Below, piece after piece: positions 63,846 through 64,000 of a DNA stretch of 64,000 nt (position 1 is its first letter; the number at the start of each line of letters is the position of its first letter). The notes beneath the pieces were generated by a model. That model ran no database searches and was not told the origin of the DNA. It was given only the letters and a program-made list of their open reading frames with translations. The position numbers and the translations under genes are program-made. The DNA is from Balanoglossus misakiensis (lineage: Eukaryota > Animalia > Hemichordata): the NCBI GenBank assembly GCA_040954595.2, contig CM082577.2, positions 20,620,303 through 20,684,302 of the forward strand, written 5' to 3'.

Positions 63846-64000
63846 GAAAAGTGGTTGAATTTCTCCTACTATAAACCTGAATCCTACACCATTGAACACA
63901 TAGTCCGATTTGGCTAATTTTTGTGGGTAACCGATCGACCTTCCATAGCTTATAAGGCAGGGAGGATCAAAAATATGGTTTGTTTTGTTTTGCAAAAAGT

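Larger units (their letters stand above)
9772..64000 (-). repeat. 5S rDNA tandem array, right part (~145 units, head-to-tail, running off the window end)
   Basis: The same unit repeats continuously; first gene 9891-10010, last full gene 63726-63845; unit count estimated from length. Confidence 0.97.

Noticed and set aside
30-63917. Hundreds of 60-124 aa ORFs (MWVTDRPS..., MSQVSVSS..., MKPTARSIPRR...)
   Set aside because: These are translations of the 5S unit on either strand; their frames are freely broken by homopolymer length changes, many start at TTG or GTG, and no protein motif is visible
9772-64000. Regular repeat-spacer pattern resembling a CRISPR array
   Set aside because: The spacers are near-identical rather than unique, the unit is 377 bp, the repeat is 5S rRNA, and there are no cas genes

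Overview
Eukaryotic, animal-type DNA. Almost the whole window is a tandem 5S rDNA array: about 150 units of ~377 bp, each a 120-nt 5S gene on the minus strand plus an AT-rich ~257-bp spacer. One spacer is interrupted at 1699-9771 by a single intact Ty3/Gypsy LTR retrotransposon. It has 644-bp LTRs that look identical by eye, a TTTT target-site duplication, a tRNA-Ser primer binding site, and gag and pol joined by a predicted -1 frameshift. Its Gag has an N-terminal RRM-like domain, a PNMA-like capsid and a CCHC knuckle. Its Pol has a possible dUTPase-like insert and a PAM2-like (poly(A)-binding-protein docking) motif in the integrase tail. The 5S gene keeps compensatory pairing but has a non-canonical Box A. 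The array shows haplotype domains, higher-order duplications (4-, 5-, 6- and ~16-unit), terminator-less copies predicted to read through into the next gene, and an amplified 10-bp insertion allele. The many short repeated ORFs in the ORF track are artefacts of the repeat. All comparisons were made by eye; no alignments or database searches were run.
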